From contig MQRK01204999.1 of assembly GCA_001938485.1 (NCBI GenBank), positions 1 to 55,367 of the forward strand: 55,367 nt of DNA, in the 5' to 3' direction. A program made the position numbers and the translations under genes. The notes under the pieces are model-generated. The model saw only the letters and a list, made by a program, of their open reading frames with translations, had not been told where the DNA came from and ran no database searches. Positions 38,131-51,684 of this stretch are shown here, piece after piece. This DNA comes from Girardia tigrina. Its lineage: Eukaryota. Each line of letters begins with the position of its first letter. The stretch's first letter is position 1.

Positions 38131-40565
38131 TAGTGAATCATAGACTTTGTATCGGGAGAAACCATTTGACAATTACAAAGTTTTCTGATCCTCTCACACG
38201 GCTTCAGATTCACGGACACGCTTTGGCTTCCCTCTGAAAAATGACCAGTCATGTTCCTTCGTTCCGTGATTCTGAAGACTTTGGCTATATAAACCTTATA
38301 AATCCTTATTATTACTATTTTAATTATTATTGTTAATATTATTATTATAAAGTTCTAATGTACTGTTTATCATACTCGAATTGTTTACTTGTTATGATAA
38401 ATATAAAGCCTCGTAGCGTATGACTCAATCGATACGTATAATGGTCAAAAGTAACAACGTCTAGTAATAATTACTATCATTAAATAAGATAAGTAAAAAA
38501 CATGAAACTTATTACGAATATAAATTACTATAAATTTAAATATTATATACCTATTCCAAATTAAAAATAATAAATTATTATATTTCAGTGGACGTAAATA
38601 TAAACTTCAATTATTTATATATCTTAATACTTTATATTTTTTTAATTTTTCACCTTTTTTCAATAAAATTAATCATATGAAAATAATGATAAAATTTTAT
38701 ATTTTTAAATAAATTTTCTTTTAGTCTTTAAACTTTTGTTAATAATATTAATACAGTTTTAATTATTTTGTCTTTTTTGGAAAAGATTTTTTAATCTTGA
38801 TAATTCAATTAAAAAATATGTTAAAAAATATAATACAATGAAAAAATTCGCAAAGATCATAATTACAACCAATTTGGGCATTCATCTGATTTTTAAAAAA
38901 TATTTTTTTTGTTGATAATTTATTAAATTTTTAGTTTATCTGCAATAATTTCTTGAAGGTTTGATTTTTATGGAATTGAAAAAATTTTTTATATGATCAG
39001 CTAAAATGTATAATTTGTTGTGTAATTTAAATTAATTTTCGTCATTTTAATATTTATGTTTACTAAGATCAACGGAAAGAACTTATTTGGTTACATGATA
39101 TTAAAAATTTGTAAGTTTGTTTAACATGTTTTATACTTTTATTTCATTATTCAATATACAAACATTTATTAAATTTTTTTTCATTTAACACTTTTTTCCA
39201 TCTTCTTTTAACATAAGTGTTCTCCATTTATATTCTGTAATGAAAAAGGCCACTTTTAATTCAGAATTATTTTGGTCAATAATTCAGGAAATCTTATTTT
39301 ATTTCGAATTATCAGATTTCGTAGTATTTTTTGACCAAAATTGTTTGTGTATTTAATAAATCGTTTTAGTTTTCTTTATTATGCAACTTACTGTTATTTT
39401 CTATTAGTTTATTTATTCGGTTTTTAGAAACATTTACTTTGGTTTGTATATTATAAATATTAAATTTAATATAAGATTTGAATAATTATTTTTCGAAAAA
39501 ATATCAGAATATTAAGTCTTCATCCTCAGTCCCCCTACAGGATGACTCAATAAGAACTCGCTACCGTCTCGGAAAATTTTTAGTATTATGAAAATATTTT
39601 TTCTCTTTAGTGTTAATTAATTTTTGTTAATTGTTTATTAAATTTCAATTTTTTATACCGAATGAATATATTTATTAGGACTTTCTTAATTGTTGTAAAA
39701 CATAATTATTATTACACATTAATGTATTATTTTAGATATCTAAGTATTTGTAGCATCAATTTCCGAAATCATTTTAACTCAATTTATACATTTATTAATA
39801 ACAATTTTCAAACAAAATTTCCAAATATTTTCTAAATTTGTAATCAATTCGCCGATCTCTATTTTCCAATAATATTGCAATTTATTTTAAATTACAATCA
39901 AATCAAAATAATATTTAATTTTAAAATTTTTAAAAAATATTTATGAAAATTATTAAGTTACGTATATTTAGTTTTTGATGAAAATATTTAATTTTTTAAA
40001 TTTGTTGTTTATATATATTCTTTACTATTCTTTTTGAAACTTTGTTTTTCAAATGAAATATTATATGCTTTTTTTTTTAGTTTTGCGTTTTTTTATAAAA
40101 ACATTTTATAATTTATTTTTAGTATTTTTGAAATTTTTTGAAATACGTTATATTTAACATTTTTTTTATTTTTTAAATATTATTTTTTTTAATCATTTCC
40201 TTATTGATTTTAAAATTTGAAAAACAAATTTTGATCAGCGAACTAAATTAACTACCTCCTCATAATTAGAATCAAAGATAGACTTTAGGACATAATATTT
40301 AAAATGGTATTGGGAAGAAATAAAAACAGTAAATGGTTAAGTAATATTTTAAAAGATAAATTTTAGGTTTCACTGGATATTTGGTATAATTTTTTCTATT
40401 ATGCTTATTTTTTACTTAAATTAATTAATTTATTTTTCACTTGGTAAGGTGAAAAATGCTTCAGTTAATTTTTTTCTGTAAAATTTTATTTAAATTCATT
40501 CTTATTTTTTTGTGGCAACTATGTATTCTTTCATCTCTCGAGAAAGTAATTCTTAACGTTACTAG

Positions 40566-40768
40566 TGTAAGAATTTTCCATCAATAATTAATAAGTCTAA
40601 ATTTCAAAAATTTATTCTTATTTTAAAAAGTGTGCGTTTTTTGTTTATTTAAACAAAAATCATCAAGAGACTTAATTCAGAATATTTTGGATCTATTATT
40701 ATAATATTTTAAATGTTATATTAGTATAGTAAAAATAATATAGATATAAATAGTTATTTATCCTTACA
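40566..40768 (-). repeat. 3' LTR (203 bp)
   Basis: tgtaagaatttt...tccttaca, adjacent to the PPT. Confidence 0.95.
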
Positions 40769-40779
40769 CCCCCCTTCTT

Positions 40780-43700
40780 TAAAAGACTTAAGCCATTCTA
40801 TATTTCTCTGAATTATACGACCTGTTTTATTCCGTATTTCAACACAACGATCATGGTCTTTACGAATAATTTCATAAGTCCTTCACCGACCCGGAAATCC
40901 CGTTTTGTTATCGTTACATTAGGTTTGCTCATCTCTGACATCTTAACTTCGTCAATTATCTTTTTGTTGTCCAATTCATAATGTCGTGAACCGTCAAGGG
41001 TTAACCGTTTTCCCAAAATTACTTCCGCAGGACTATATCCAATAGTGATTTGTCTTGATGCATTCATACTAAATTCTATCTCTGGAAGTAACTCTACCCA
41101 ATTTTTACTTCCTCTCTCTTTTAAAGTCGCACTTAATGAATCTCGAACTGTTCGAAATTGTCTCTCTATTTATCCATTCGAACTATGATAGTATGGACTT
41201 GAGAAGTTTATCTTAATCAACCGAGATTTTGCAAATTCCATAAATGCCCGCGATTCGAATACTTTTCCATGGTCCATGTGGATACATGCTGGAGCTCCAA
41301 ATCTAAATATCCATTGGCGTTGTATGGTCTGTATTGTTGTCATCTCGTCTGGGTTATTTACTGCTCTAAGACTATCATACCTACTAAATCTGTCTATTAT
41401 ACCCAAAATATATTTTTTTTCCATTTAACGCAGGCATAGGTCCACAATAATCCATGTAACTATCGTCAAATAGTCGTTTTGAAAGGAAGTTCATTGTGTT
41501 TTCTTTTGTTTTTCCCGTATAAGTTTTAGATGTTTGACACACTGCACATGCTCGTACTATTCTTTCAACGTTTTTACTAAACTCATCCATGTCATATTCT
41601 TCTATCATGAATGTATACGTTTTATTTACTCCCGCATGACACAGAAATTTATGGAAAAATAAAATGCAATCGTTCCTTGTTTCCTTCGGAATCCAAATCT
41701 TGTTATCAAAAGTTCTTATACATATATCGCTTTGCTTAAATTTTGTCCCCTTTCCTTCTATTTTTTCATTATTTTACAGATTTCTTTACTATTTTGTTGC
41801 CATGGAATTGACAATGCGTCCTCATCCATCGCTAGCATTTGTGATCTCGGTTTACTTTTTTTTGTGTAATTCCCCTTTACGATATTCTAAGATCATATCC
41901 AAACTGCTCAGAAAATTCATCCAATTTTGCAACTGAGGGGTAATCGGCTTTTTCGTCGTCCTCATAAATTCAATTGCCTTATGATCGGTTCTTAACTTAA
42001 ATTTTGCACCATACAAGTAGTGCGTAAAGTGTTGCGTGAAATGAAGAATTACTAAAAGTTCTTTTCTGGTAATGCAATATCCAATCTCATGCTTTGTCAT
42101 TGACTTAGATCCGTATGCAATCACATGTTCTTCACCTTTCTCATTTCTTTGTGATAACATTGCTTTATCGTATCAAAAGAAGCATCAGTGTCTAATATAA
42201 ATTCATTCCCAAAATCAGGATAACAAAGTATTGGGGCCGATATTAGTGCTTCCTTTAGTTTTTTAAATGCCACTAAGTGTGAATTTGATCAATGCACCAT
42301 GTCTTTCGAATTTCCACACATTTCAACCAATAGTTTTGATATTTTGGAATAATTTTGTATAAACTTTCTATAATAATTACATAGTCTCAAGAAACTTCGC
42401 AATTTCTTTATACATTTGGGTTGTACGAATTCCACTATCGATTTTATTTTGTCCGGATCAGTCTTAATTCCGTCTCTGTTCACTATATGCCCCAAAAATC
42501 GTAGTTCTTTTTGAAAGAATCTACATTTTTCGGGATTTATTCTCAGTCCAGCCATTTCTATTCGTGTAAATAGTTTTCCCAACCTTTCCATGTACTCCAT
42601 TTTGGTTTTCGAACAAATCAAAATTCGTCAAGATAGACCAGGGTTTCTTTCCACAACATCTCTTTTAAAACATCCGTCATAAGTTTCTGAAATGTTGCTG
42701 GTGCAGCTGCAATGCCAAACGGCATTCTTGTAAAGCAATACTGTCCTATTTTAGTTGAAAATGCTGTTTTCAACTTTGAAGAATCTTCTAATTCTATTTG
42801 ATAGTAGGCATTTCCCAGGTCAATGGAACTGAACCATTTCATTCCTCTTAATGAATCTAACATTTCCTCGATGTTTGGTATAGGAAACGCCGGCCTCTCT
42901 GTCACTTGATTCAACAAACTGAAATCCAAACATAAACGAATTTCCTTCTTTTCCTTTTTTCCAAATACACACCATCGGTGTGTTCCATGGTGATGAGCAT
43001 TTCTCTATTATTCCATGTCGTTCCAAATTACGAACAGCATCATCTATATGACTTTCTAAATGAGTTGGTTGTCTACGCGGTTTCTATAGAATTGGTTGCC
43101 CTGATGTCTTAATTTGATGTTTTACTAATGATGTCCCATCCTCCAGCCATAAAAATATTTTTAAATTTTTTAATAATAGTTTGCTATCCTCATTTAAATT
43201 TAATTTTTCTTTAGCATTTAAATTTCTCATTTCATCTGTATATTTCAAGTTATCTATATACGGATTTAAAGTGCATACTTCTCTATCGGTTTCAATTATA
43301 TTTTTATCATTTCCATTTATCACCTCTAAATTCCATCTCAATTCCAACTCTTATCAAGGTTATTCCGAAAATAATTGATGGTAACACTATTTCTGAAACA
43401 TAAAATAACTGGTTCACTTTCTTATTTTCCCATACTATTATAATATTACATGCACCTAGTATTTAAATTCCACTTCCATTGGCACACACAACTGACGATA
43501 TAACATTCCTATTTATTCTAACCTATAATTTTACAGCAATTTTCTTGTCCAGTACATTAATACGAGCACCAGTGTCCAATAAACAATTCATCTCTATTCC
43601 GTTCATCGTAGCCTTAATACTGGGTCTTCCATTAAACTCCAAATAGTCTAGTTTCTCACTCGAACAAATTTCAAATTTAAATATCATGCGCTCTTAAACG

Positions 43701-44797
43701 ATAATTAAAATTACATTTACAGTTACTAATATTACAAATTTTTGGATCCAAAACATTCTTACTTTTTAATTTATGGCTCCTATCATCTCTTGACTTGTCC
43801 GAGCCACCGAGTTTACCGATCTGTCCCTTCGCATCTGTTTCATCCATTTCATCGATTCCACCGACTGGTGCTTTGTATTGGTTGAGTTGCCATCTTTTCT
43901 GATCTCGATGTACATTCAGTACTTCTTGTTTGTAACACTGGTACCATAAATGATCTGGAGCGTTGCAATTTGAACATTTAAAGTACGGGCATTCTCTCCG
44001 AATATGTCCTTTACCTCGGCACCCATAACATACTTTGATATTTTCTGGACATTCCCGTATCATGTGTCCGAGTTTCCTACAATTAAAACATTCAAATACT
44101 TTATCGTCGTGTCCACTATATTGTCAGTGAATTATTTGGTTGGGCGTTTCATTTTTTTTGTGAAGTCTGTTTGAGACATCCTTGTCTGTTGGAATCTTGG
44201 CTGATTGACATAATTCGATCTATCCTTTAATACATTCGCGAACGTTTTCTGTCGTTGTATTTGGGCAATTTCATTTATATGGACTTCGACCTTAATATTT
44301 TCCATTTTCTCGATGACAGTTTTGATAGATTCGGGTGCTTTTGCTTCTTGCATGTAGATTTGTGTCTTCACTGACACATCTTCAACACAATGGGTCAAAA
44401 ATATGTCATTAGCTCCTGTTTGTACCATTTGTGCAGCAGGATCTTGTCCACCATCTTCTCTTTTGTTACAGTATGCTGTTGCTAAATCTGTTCCTTTTCT
44501 GTAATTCAACAGTTCATTGAGGTCTTGTATTAACGATGTCGGACATTTAAACGCCTTCCGCAATCTGTTAGAGAAATCTGAGATTTTGAAATCCACCGCT
44601 TCGTATGTGGCAAGCATATCTCTACTTATGAATGCCTTGACCATTGTCGCTTGGATGGCTTCATTGATCTGGACGACTTCAAAAAATCTTCGACATTCAG
44701 ATATAAAGTCTTCAATATCCTGCGATCCATCGTAACTTTTTGGAGCCAGATTGCTTATAAAACTGTCCGTGGTCGCCATGTAAGAATTTTCCATCAA
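40780..44797 (-). pseudogene. gag-pol of the Gypsy element, multiple frameshifts and stops
   Basis: ORF-track fragments from 44132-44797 through 40813-41067 are collinear gag, PR, RT, RH and IN pieces. Confidence 0.92.
44761..44778 (-). promoter_or_regulatory. primer-binding site (probably tRNA-Arg)
   Basis: TGGCGACCACG directly after the LTR; complementary to a ...CGUGGUCG-CCA tRNA end. The tRNA identity is from memory. Confidence 0.65.
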
Positions 44798-46166
44798 TAA
44801 TTAATAAGTCTAAATTTCAAAAATTTATTCTTATTTTAAAAAGTGCGCGTTTTTTGTTTATTTAAACAAAAATCATCAAGAGACTTAATTCAGAATATTT
44901 TGGATCCATTATTATAATATTTTAAATGTCATCTTAGTATAGTAAAAATAATATACAGTGCGGTTCATAAGTAAGTTCGCACCCTAACAATTTCAATATA
45001 TCTCAATAAAACGATGAAAAAGTCTTTATTATTTTAATTGCATTGTTTAAAATGATTAAAATTNNNNNNNNNNNNNNNNNNNNNNNNNNNNNNNNNNNNN
45101 NNNNNNNNNNNNNNNNNNNNNNNNNNNNNNNNNNNNNNNNNNNNNNNNNNNNNNNNNNNNNNNNNNNNNNNNNNNNNNNNNNNNNNNNNNNNNNNNNNNN
45201 NNNNNNNNNNNNNNNNNNNNNNNNNNNNNNNNNNNNNNNNNNNNNNNNNNNNNNNNNNNNNNNNNNNNNNNNNNNNNNNNNNNNNNNNNNNNNNNNNNNN
45301 NNNNNNNNNNNNNNNNNNNNNNNNNNNNNNNNNNNNNNNNNNNNNNNNNNNNNNNNNNNNNNNNNNNNNNNNNNNNNNNNNNNNNNNNNNNNNNNNNNNN
45401 NNNNNNNNNNNNNNNNNNNNNNNNNNNNNNNNNNNNNNNNNNNNNNNNNNNNNNNNNNNNNNNNNNNNNNNNNNNNNNNNNNNNNNNNNNNNNNNNNNNN
45501 NNNNNNNNNNNNNNNNNNNNNNNNNNNNNNNNNNNNNNNNNNNNNNNNNNNNNNNNNNNNNNNNNNNNNNNNNNNNNNNNNNNNNNNNNNNNNNNNNNNN
45601 NNNNNNNNNNNNNNNNNNNNNNNNNNNNNNNNNNNNNNNNNNNNNNNNNNNNNNNNNNNNNNNNNACCTAAATGCAGAGAAATATCAAAAGGAAATAATA
45701 AATGACATTGATATCGTCGGACAATGTCTCAGATTTCCTGAGAAATCATTTATTTTTCAACAAGACCTTGCTCCAGCCCACAAAACTCGTTTTCTTAACG
45801 AAATGAATGTGGAAGTGTTAGACTGGCCTGCCAATTCACCGAACGCAAACCCGATTGAAAATTTATGGCATATTATTAAAAGGAATGTAATAAATACTTT
45901 GCCCTGCAAAAGCTAATGATCTATGGAATGCCATTCAAGACATATGGTACAAGATCTCTAGGGCACAGTGCGAGTCCCTAGTTCATTCGATGCCCCGTCG
46001 TTTATCGTCGATAATACAAATGCGTGGTTATCCAACAAAATATTAATTAAATATTTTATTTTAATACATGTTCAATGTGTCTTTGTTGTAGATCAATAAT
46101 ATTCATGGGGTGCGAACTTACTTATGAACCGCACTGTAGATATAAATATAGTTGTTTATCCTTACA
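44779..46166 (-). repeat. 5' LTR split by a Tc1 insertion (44779-44955 plus 46137-46166)
   Basis: Matches the 3' LTR with about 5 substitutions and a 2-bp indel once the insert is removed. Confidence 0.93.
44956..46136 (+). mobile_element. Tc1 transposon nested in the Gypsy 5' LTR
   Basis: Perfect 29-bp TIR cagtgcggttcataagtaagttcgcaccc; TA TSD; FQQDLAPAH, DWPANSPNANPIENLW. Confidence 0.95.
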
Positions 46167-48086
46167 ACTAGTATGACGTGTTCCTCAAACAAAGTTTGAT
46201 TAGGTACCAGTTATGATATTGATAAAATATTTTTGTAAAATTTCATATAGATAATTTATGTCCAACTCTAATTTCAATATAGCTTGTAAAATTGCCTAAA
46301 ATTTTTACCTTCATTGTTTCAAATAAACTTATTCAAAAATTGTATGCTAAAACTTTTTCAAGGATTTTTACGAAATTCCGTCAGGATTGAGTCACGAACT
46401 TATTTTCTTAGATGTTGAGATAAATATTTCTAATATGGAACTCGAAAATATTTTTGACCTTTTAAACGATTCTTGTATACATTCCAAACTACTAAACTTA
46501 ATCACAGAATTATAATTCGACTTACTTACTCTTCTTAATAATTTAATGACAATTTCAAATCAACTTTATCAAAACTTTTATTCCGAGATTCAATGGCATC
46601 TTTAGTACTCTTTATATTCATCCGCTCAGTTTGTCTACCTGTTTGTACAGATTTTTAACCATTATTTCTTTCATTTTTTTAGTATCAGTTAAAGTTTAGA
46701 TTAATTAAATAAAATGATTGAAAAACACAACAAAATTGAATAAAATCGACAATCAGCAAGAATATCTAAGTCAAATCATAATTCGATGAATAAGTCGATT
46801 CGTGTTAAAATAAAAATTCATCAAATATAAGCATGGATTAAAAAACTATTTTTTGTATCTATTAAAAATATTTTGTTATTTTTAATTATTACTGTAGCAA
46901 AAGTTTGTTTAAAAATTGAATATTAGTAACCACAAGAACCTTACAAAAATAGAATATCTCTGTAAATTATCTATTGGAAGCCAATATTATATGAAAACTA
47001 TGATTGTATTTTCAAAATCTTTAACAAAATTATTTTACACGATGTCCATTTCAGTCAGATTTTTAAACTCGATTGAAAACACTGAAAAGAAAGTATAAAA
47101 TTTTATTAGAACACAGTTATTTAACAAACTTTTTAATTTTGTGTAATGCTTCATTACTAATGAGATAATCTAAAAATTATTCTCCGAATCTTTATTAAAG
47201 TCTATAGCATAAAAATACCGTGAAATAAACAGTTGAAAGTCGACAATGAAAGTATAAGTTTGACTATCAATTGATAAGTTTCAATGTAAATCAGAATGAA
47301 TCAATTCAATTATCTTAAATTGCTATATACTCAGAACATTATTTACTAAACTTTTTTTACAAAATTATCTTGATTTCATATCTTTCGTCGTATTCTATTA
47401 AATGATACTAGACAAATCCTTTTTTTCAATTAATAATTGTAAATCTGTTTTAAAGTTAATTAATGACTGAAATAATTCAAACGATAAGGTTGATGCAAAA
47501 TATTCCATTTCAGCTGGTTCATCGATGAGATTTTCTCGCTGTTTAATATACTGCTCTAGATGCCGTCAAATTTTATGTTATAAAATAAAAAATGACTAAC
47601 AAATAATTCCAAATAATTTTAATTGTAACATTTTTTCACTTAAAATTTTTTCTTGAGTTTTGAGATTAGAAATATTTCTACATTTTTCTAAATTAAATAT
47701 CAATCAAAATTTTATCCAAGTACCAAGTAAAAATTTAATCCTTTTCACAATATTAATTCACTTCCTATATATGTGTTATGCCGATTTTGTGTAATTGACG
47801 AATGCACGAACTGGGGAATCGATCATTTTTTATTCAGATAATAATTTTTTTAATTGATTCATGTATTATCATGGGAATTAGAAATTTGGGAATTTTTCAC
47901 GTCAATCGAACCATGGGAAGTGGATGAAAAATCATTTAACATATATATAACACACATATATATTGTTTGATTCGCATTGGGGGCGGTGCAAATTTGTAAT
48001 GTATGGAGTTCTTTGTACAACTCTTACAATTTAAAAAGTAATTGCCAGAAGTGTCACAAAAGAATTATCAGAAAGACTCCAAATGA

Positions 48087-48890
48087 TTTAATACCCCTAA
48101 AAATGTTTCTGAATTTTCATGCTCTCATTGCAATAAATTATTCAAATCTAAAAAATTGTTCAAGTCTCATATTAACCATTATTCATCAACTTTCGATTTG
48201 ATTGTCCAATGTGTCCCATTATTTTCCCCCGGAGCCGCTTCTTAGTCAGTATGTTCGAATGGCTCATAAAAACTCAAAATTTCTTTTCAAGTGCAAACAT
48301 TGCTACCGGTCTTTATGTACATTGTCGAGTTTGAAGTATCATCGAATATTTCACCATAAAATCACACCGCATCCCGATTGTAAAATAGCTCATTGCAGCG
48401 GCGTAGCCAGGATTGCAGACGTGGNGTGGAAAAAAATTCCTGAAAGATCTAGCAATCTTAANTATAATTGGGGTGGCTAATTATGTTTTAATTTTTTCAG
48501 GGGTGGGGGTGTCTCCCGATTTTAACCCTCTAAACTTAAACGATCCTTAAGCTCCTTAAACGTTCCTCGGACCTCCTTTTTTCTCCCCGATTATAATCCA
48601 ATCAAGGGTTTCTATATTAATCTTTGTTTTCAGCCTCACCAGTAGGGCTGAAAACGTGGATTAAAATGGGAACGCCCAATTGGATTTTAATTGGGGGAAA
48701 AACGAGAGATCCCGTTCCTCTAAGTTTTGTTTTTCGTAATAATTTTTTAAAACAATTTTTAGGGCATTTTATCAGGGGGGTGGAAATCCACCCAATCACC
48801 CCCCCCCTGGCTACGCGCCTGGCTCATTGTAATAAAAAAATCGAATGATTGTGAATGTGTTTAGAAACTCTATAAAACATCAAGGAAAAG
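48087..48890 (+). pseudogene. decayed C2H2 zinc-finger array (about 4 fingers)
   Basis: FSCSHCNKLFKSKKLFKSHINH / DCPMCPIIF..EPLLSQYVRMAH / FKCKHCYRSLCTLSSLKYHRIFH / DCKIAHCNKK; at least two frameshifts and a MITE insertion. Confidence 0.72.
48396..48821. mobile_element. hAT-type MITE (426 bp)
   Basis: 8-bp TSD gctcattg (48388-48395, 48822-48829); TIR cagcggcgtagccagg / cctggctacgcgcctg. Confidence 0.92.
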
Positions 48891-50113
48891 AAAACGATCA
48901 TTTAATAATTCAACTAACAGTTCAAACTCTGAGTGTCAAAAAATCCGATTTCCAAAACTAATTTTGACGAAGATAGAATGGTGTGATTTTGGTGTGAGAT
49001 GTAATGAAATACAATCACTAATATTTATAACAAAAATTAAATATATATTTATATTTATATGTATAAATATTAAAATTGATTGAAAATAAAAAAAGCAATC
49101 ACAAACATATTATTGTTATGAAAAATTTATATGTAATGTTCGAATTGGAATTACATTTGGAAAATATTATCCGAAAGATCTACTATATCAATTTATTTTC
49201 GTGCAGTGGTATTTAATTTGGAAAATATTATCCGAAATATTTATTTTTGTCAGCAAAAGCACCGATTCAATCCATAAAACAAATCGAAGCAATATTACAA
49301 TATTATTAACAATTCTCCTCGTTCAATATAATTTTTCCGTCGTCGATCCTGATCGCATCAATCACATAAATTTATTAACGTTCGATTATATGAATTTGTA
49401 CTATTTATTTATTTCTGTATTATTTACTTAATTATTGTTAACACATCATTGATAGTTGTATAAAGAATCTTTTCCTCCTTCCATTAGTTATTAATCCAAG
49501 TTTATAATTGAACATTTAATTTCTTTCGTTAATTGAGTAAAGGTGGTTCTAATTATAAAATATTCTACCATTAGAATCACTGTTACATGAGAGAACTGGA
49601 AAGAGAACGCCGAGAAATTATCGTAACCAAAATGTTTCCATAACGATTCAATTGAAATAATCGATCCACCGAAACCACTTGAAGATGAATTATCATGTGG
49701 AACAAAATTCACAAAACCTGGAAAATAAAATCGACCCGGCGAAAACATTTGTGTTAAATGACAGAAATTAGTCCATATGTTGTGTTTTTTACCACGTTTT
49801 TATTAGCTTGCTTTCTTGTCTGTTTGTCTGTCTGGAACAAATCTTGCGATTGATTTTTCGACCACTTTCAGTCATCCAATTGAGCTGAATTTTTTTATAC
49901 AGGCTTGCTTCCGATGAAAATACAATATTATAAAAGAAATTTTGGAAAAAAATAATTTTTTCTAATTTTTTTTGCAAAAAACCACTTACGATTATCTACA
50001 AATTTATACACTGTATTAAATAGCAATCTTTTCGTTTATTTTCATGAATGAAGTTTTATACAGGCTTGCTTCTGACGACAATACAATTTGATAAAAAAAA
50101 TTTTGAAAAAAAA

Positions 50114-50556
50114 ATTCTTAAATGATAACTAAAAATAGTTAAATAATATTATTAATAAAAAAAAAATTTTATAAAAACAACCACGTTTTTCAAGCATTAC
50201 CAATGCACTAAAAAGAGGAAAATAATTTTTTTCTAGANNNNNNNNNNNNNNNNNNNNNNNNNNNNNNNNNNNNNNNNNNNNNNNNNNNNNNNNNNNNNNN
50301 NNNNNNNNNNNNNNNNNNNNNNNNNNNNNNNNNNNNNNNNNNNNNNNNNNNNNNNNNNNNNNNNNNNNNNNNNNNNNNNNNNNNNNNNNNNNNNNNNNNN
50401 NNNNTAGGTATAAAATTTCTCACATGTCTAGAAAAAAATTATTTTCCTCTTTTTAGTGCATTGGTAATGCTTGAAAAACGTGGTTGCTTTTATAAAAAAT
50501 TTTTTTTATTAATAATATTATTATTAATTTTTTTGCCGGTTATCGTTTAAAAAATG
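50114..50556. repeat. long inverted repeat around an N-gap
   Basis: 50143-50236 is nearly the exact reverse complement of 50427-50522; outer arms are more diverged. Confidence 0.85.
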
Positions 50557-51257
50557 TTGATGATATTAACAAAGAATGATGCTTTATAAAATCTGACTTT
50601 AATTCATAATGGAACCAATAAAAATTCAATTATGCTGGAATTTATTGATAAAGTTTTTTATGTATTTATATCAATATGATTTTCATGTGAATAGATTTTA
50701 AAAAAATAAATAAAATAATTAAATAAACCAAAAGGAAAAAATATATTTATTAAAAAATTAATTAAATTATGTAAAAATGCGTTTTGTTTTAACGCACAAA
50801 TTGTTGATGGTTTGTTTGCTGCGCGGAAATTGTTGGAAAAAATTGATCGATATTCGGTTTTGAATAAAGATTTGAAGAAAACCTTTTTTCCTTTGGAATT
50901 TAAATGGTGTTGTGTGCAAATGAATGACATTCTCAGACCGCATTTAATCAACGATTCCATGGTCTTAAATACATGTCAAAATATAATTTCCGTTTCGAAT
51001 ACTTTCAGTTTGATTAAAGTTATCAATTTGGAAAATGGTGAAGGGGGATTGTTGGAATAAGGCGATAATTTCACGTCAAATGTTTATATGTAAAGAGTTG
51101 CTGAAAAGATTTGTTGTGCTCGAGTAATTGTTGTGTCGTTTGTTGGAGTTGGAAAGACATCGAGTTGAGACTGTTGAGTGGAGAGAGTATCGATTGTCTG
51201 TGGCGATAGTCTCTGCCAATTAGCAACGAGTTCTCGAGAATTTATCAAATTATTTCC

Positions 51258-51684
51258 ATGCTTGTAGATGAAAATAAAGACACAGTTCATAGTGGTTGTT
51301 CTTATTGGGCTATTCATGTATTGCGTGTGAAAGATGGCAAATTTCCACAGTACGTTCGGTGTTATCGATCAAATAAGGGATCAGTATTGTCTCTCACTAA
51401 TACAAAAGATTTTGTGCTCATTGCTGGATATTATGACGGAATTGTTCAAGATGGACTAACTGATGCCTTTTGTCGCTGTCATATGAGAATTTACGCAGAT
51501 GATCATGCATCAATAGACAGAAAAAAGTCAAGATAAATTTGCTAAATTATCTTATGAAAGGTCTCTTGATGCTCTTAATAAAGGTGTATTTAAGAAGGAA
51601 ATCATTCATGTAACTGTGATTGATAAAAACAGTGATATTACAATTTCTGAAGATGAGGAAATTAAACGAGTTCAATTCGATAAA
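51258..51684 (+). pseudogene. chimeric fragment: WD40-like repeat fused to thiolase (acetyl-CoA acetyltransferase) mid-region
   Basis: DENKDTVHSGCSYWAIHVL...RCYRSNKGSVLSL...VLIAGYYDG (WD40-like) runs into DGIVQDGLTDAF..HM...; after a frameshift, SQDKFAKLSYERS...GVFKKEIIHVTV...ISEDEEIKRVQFDK (thiolase). Confidence 0.7.

Larger units (their letters stand above)
40566..46166 (-). mobile_element. Ty3/Gypsy LTR retrotransposon, both ends intact, coding region broken
   Basis: TSD actag (40561-40565, 46167-46171); TG..CA LTRs; PBS tggcgaccacgg; PPT aaagaagggggg; order gag (3 CCHC knuckles), protease (LLDTGA), RT (RMPFG, YLD), RNase H (DTDAS, TDHKA), integrase. Confidence 0.96.

Noticed and set aside
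49575-49760. Coding-like island as a downstream exon of the zinc-finger gene
   Set aside because: Stops in all three plus frames and no ELM2 or SANT motif.
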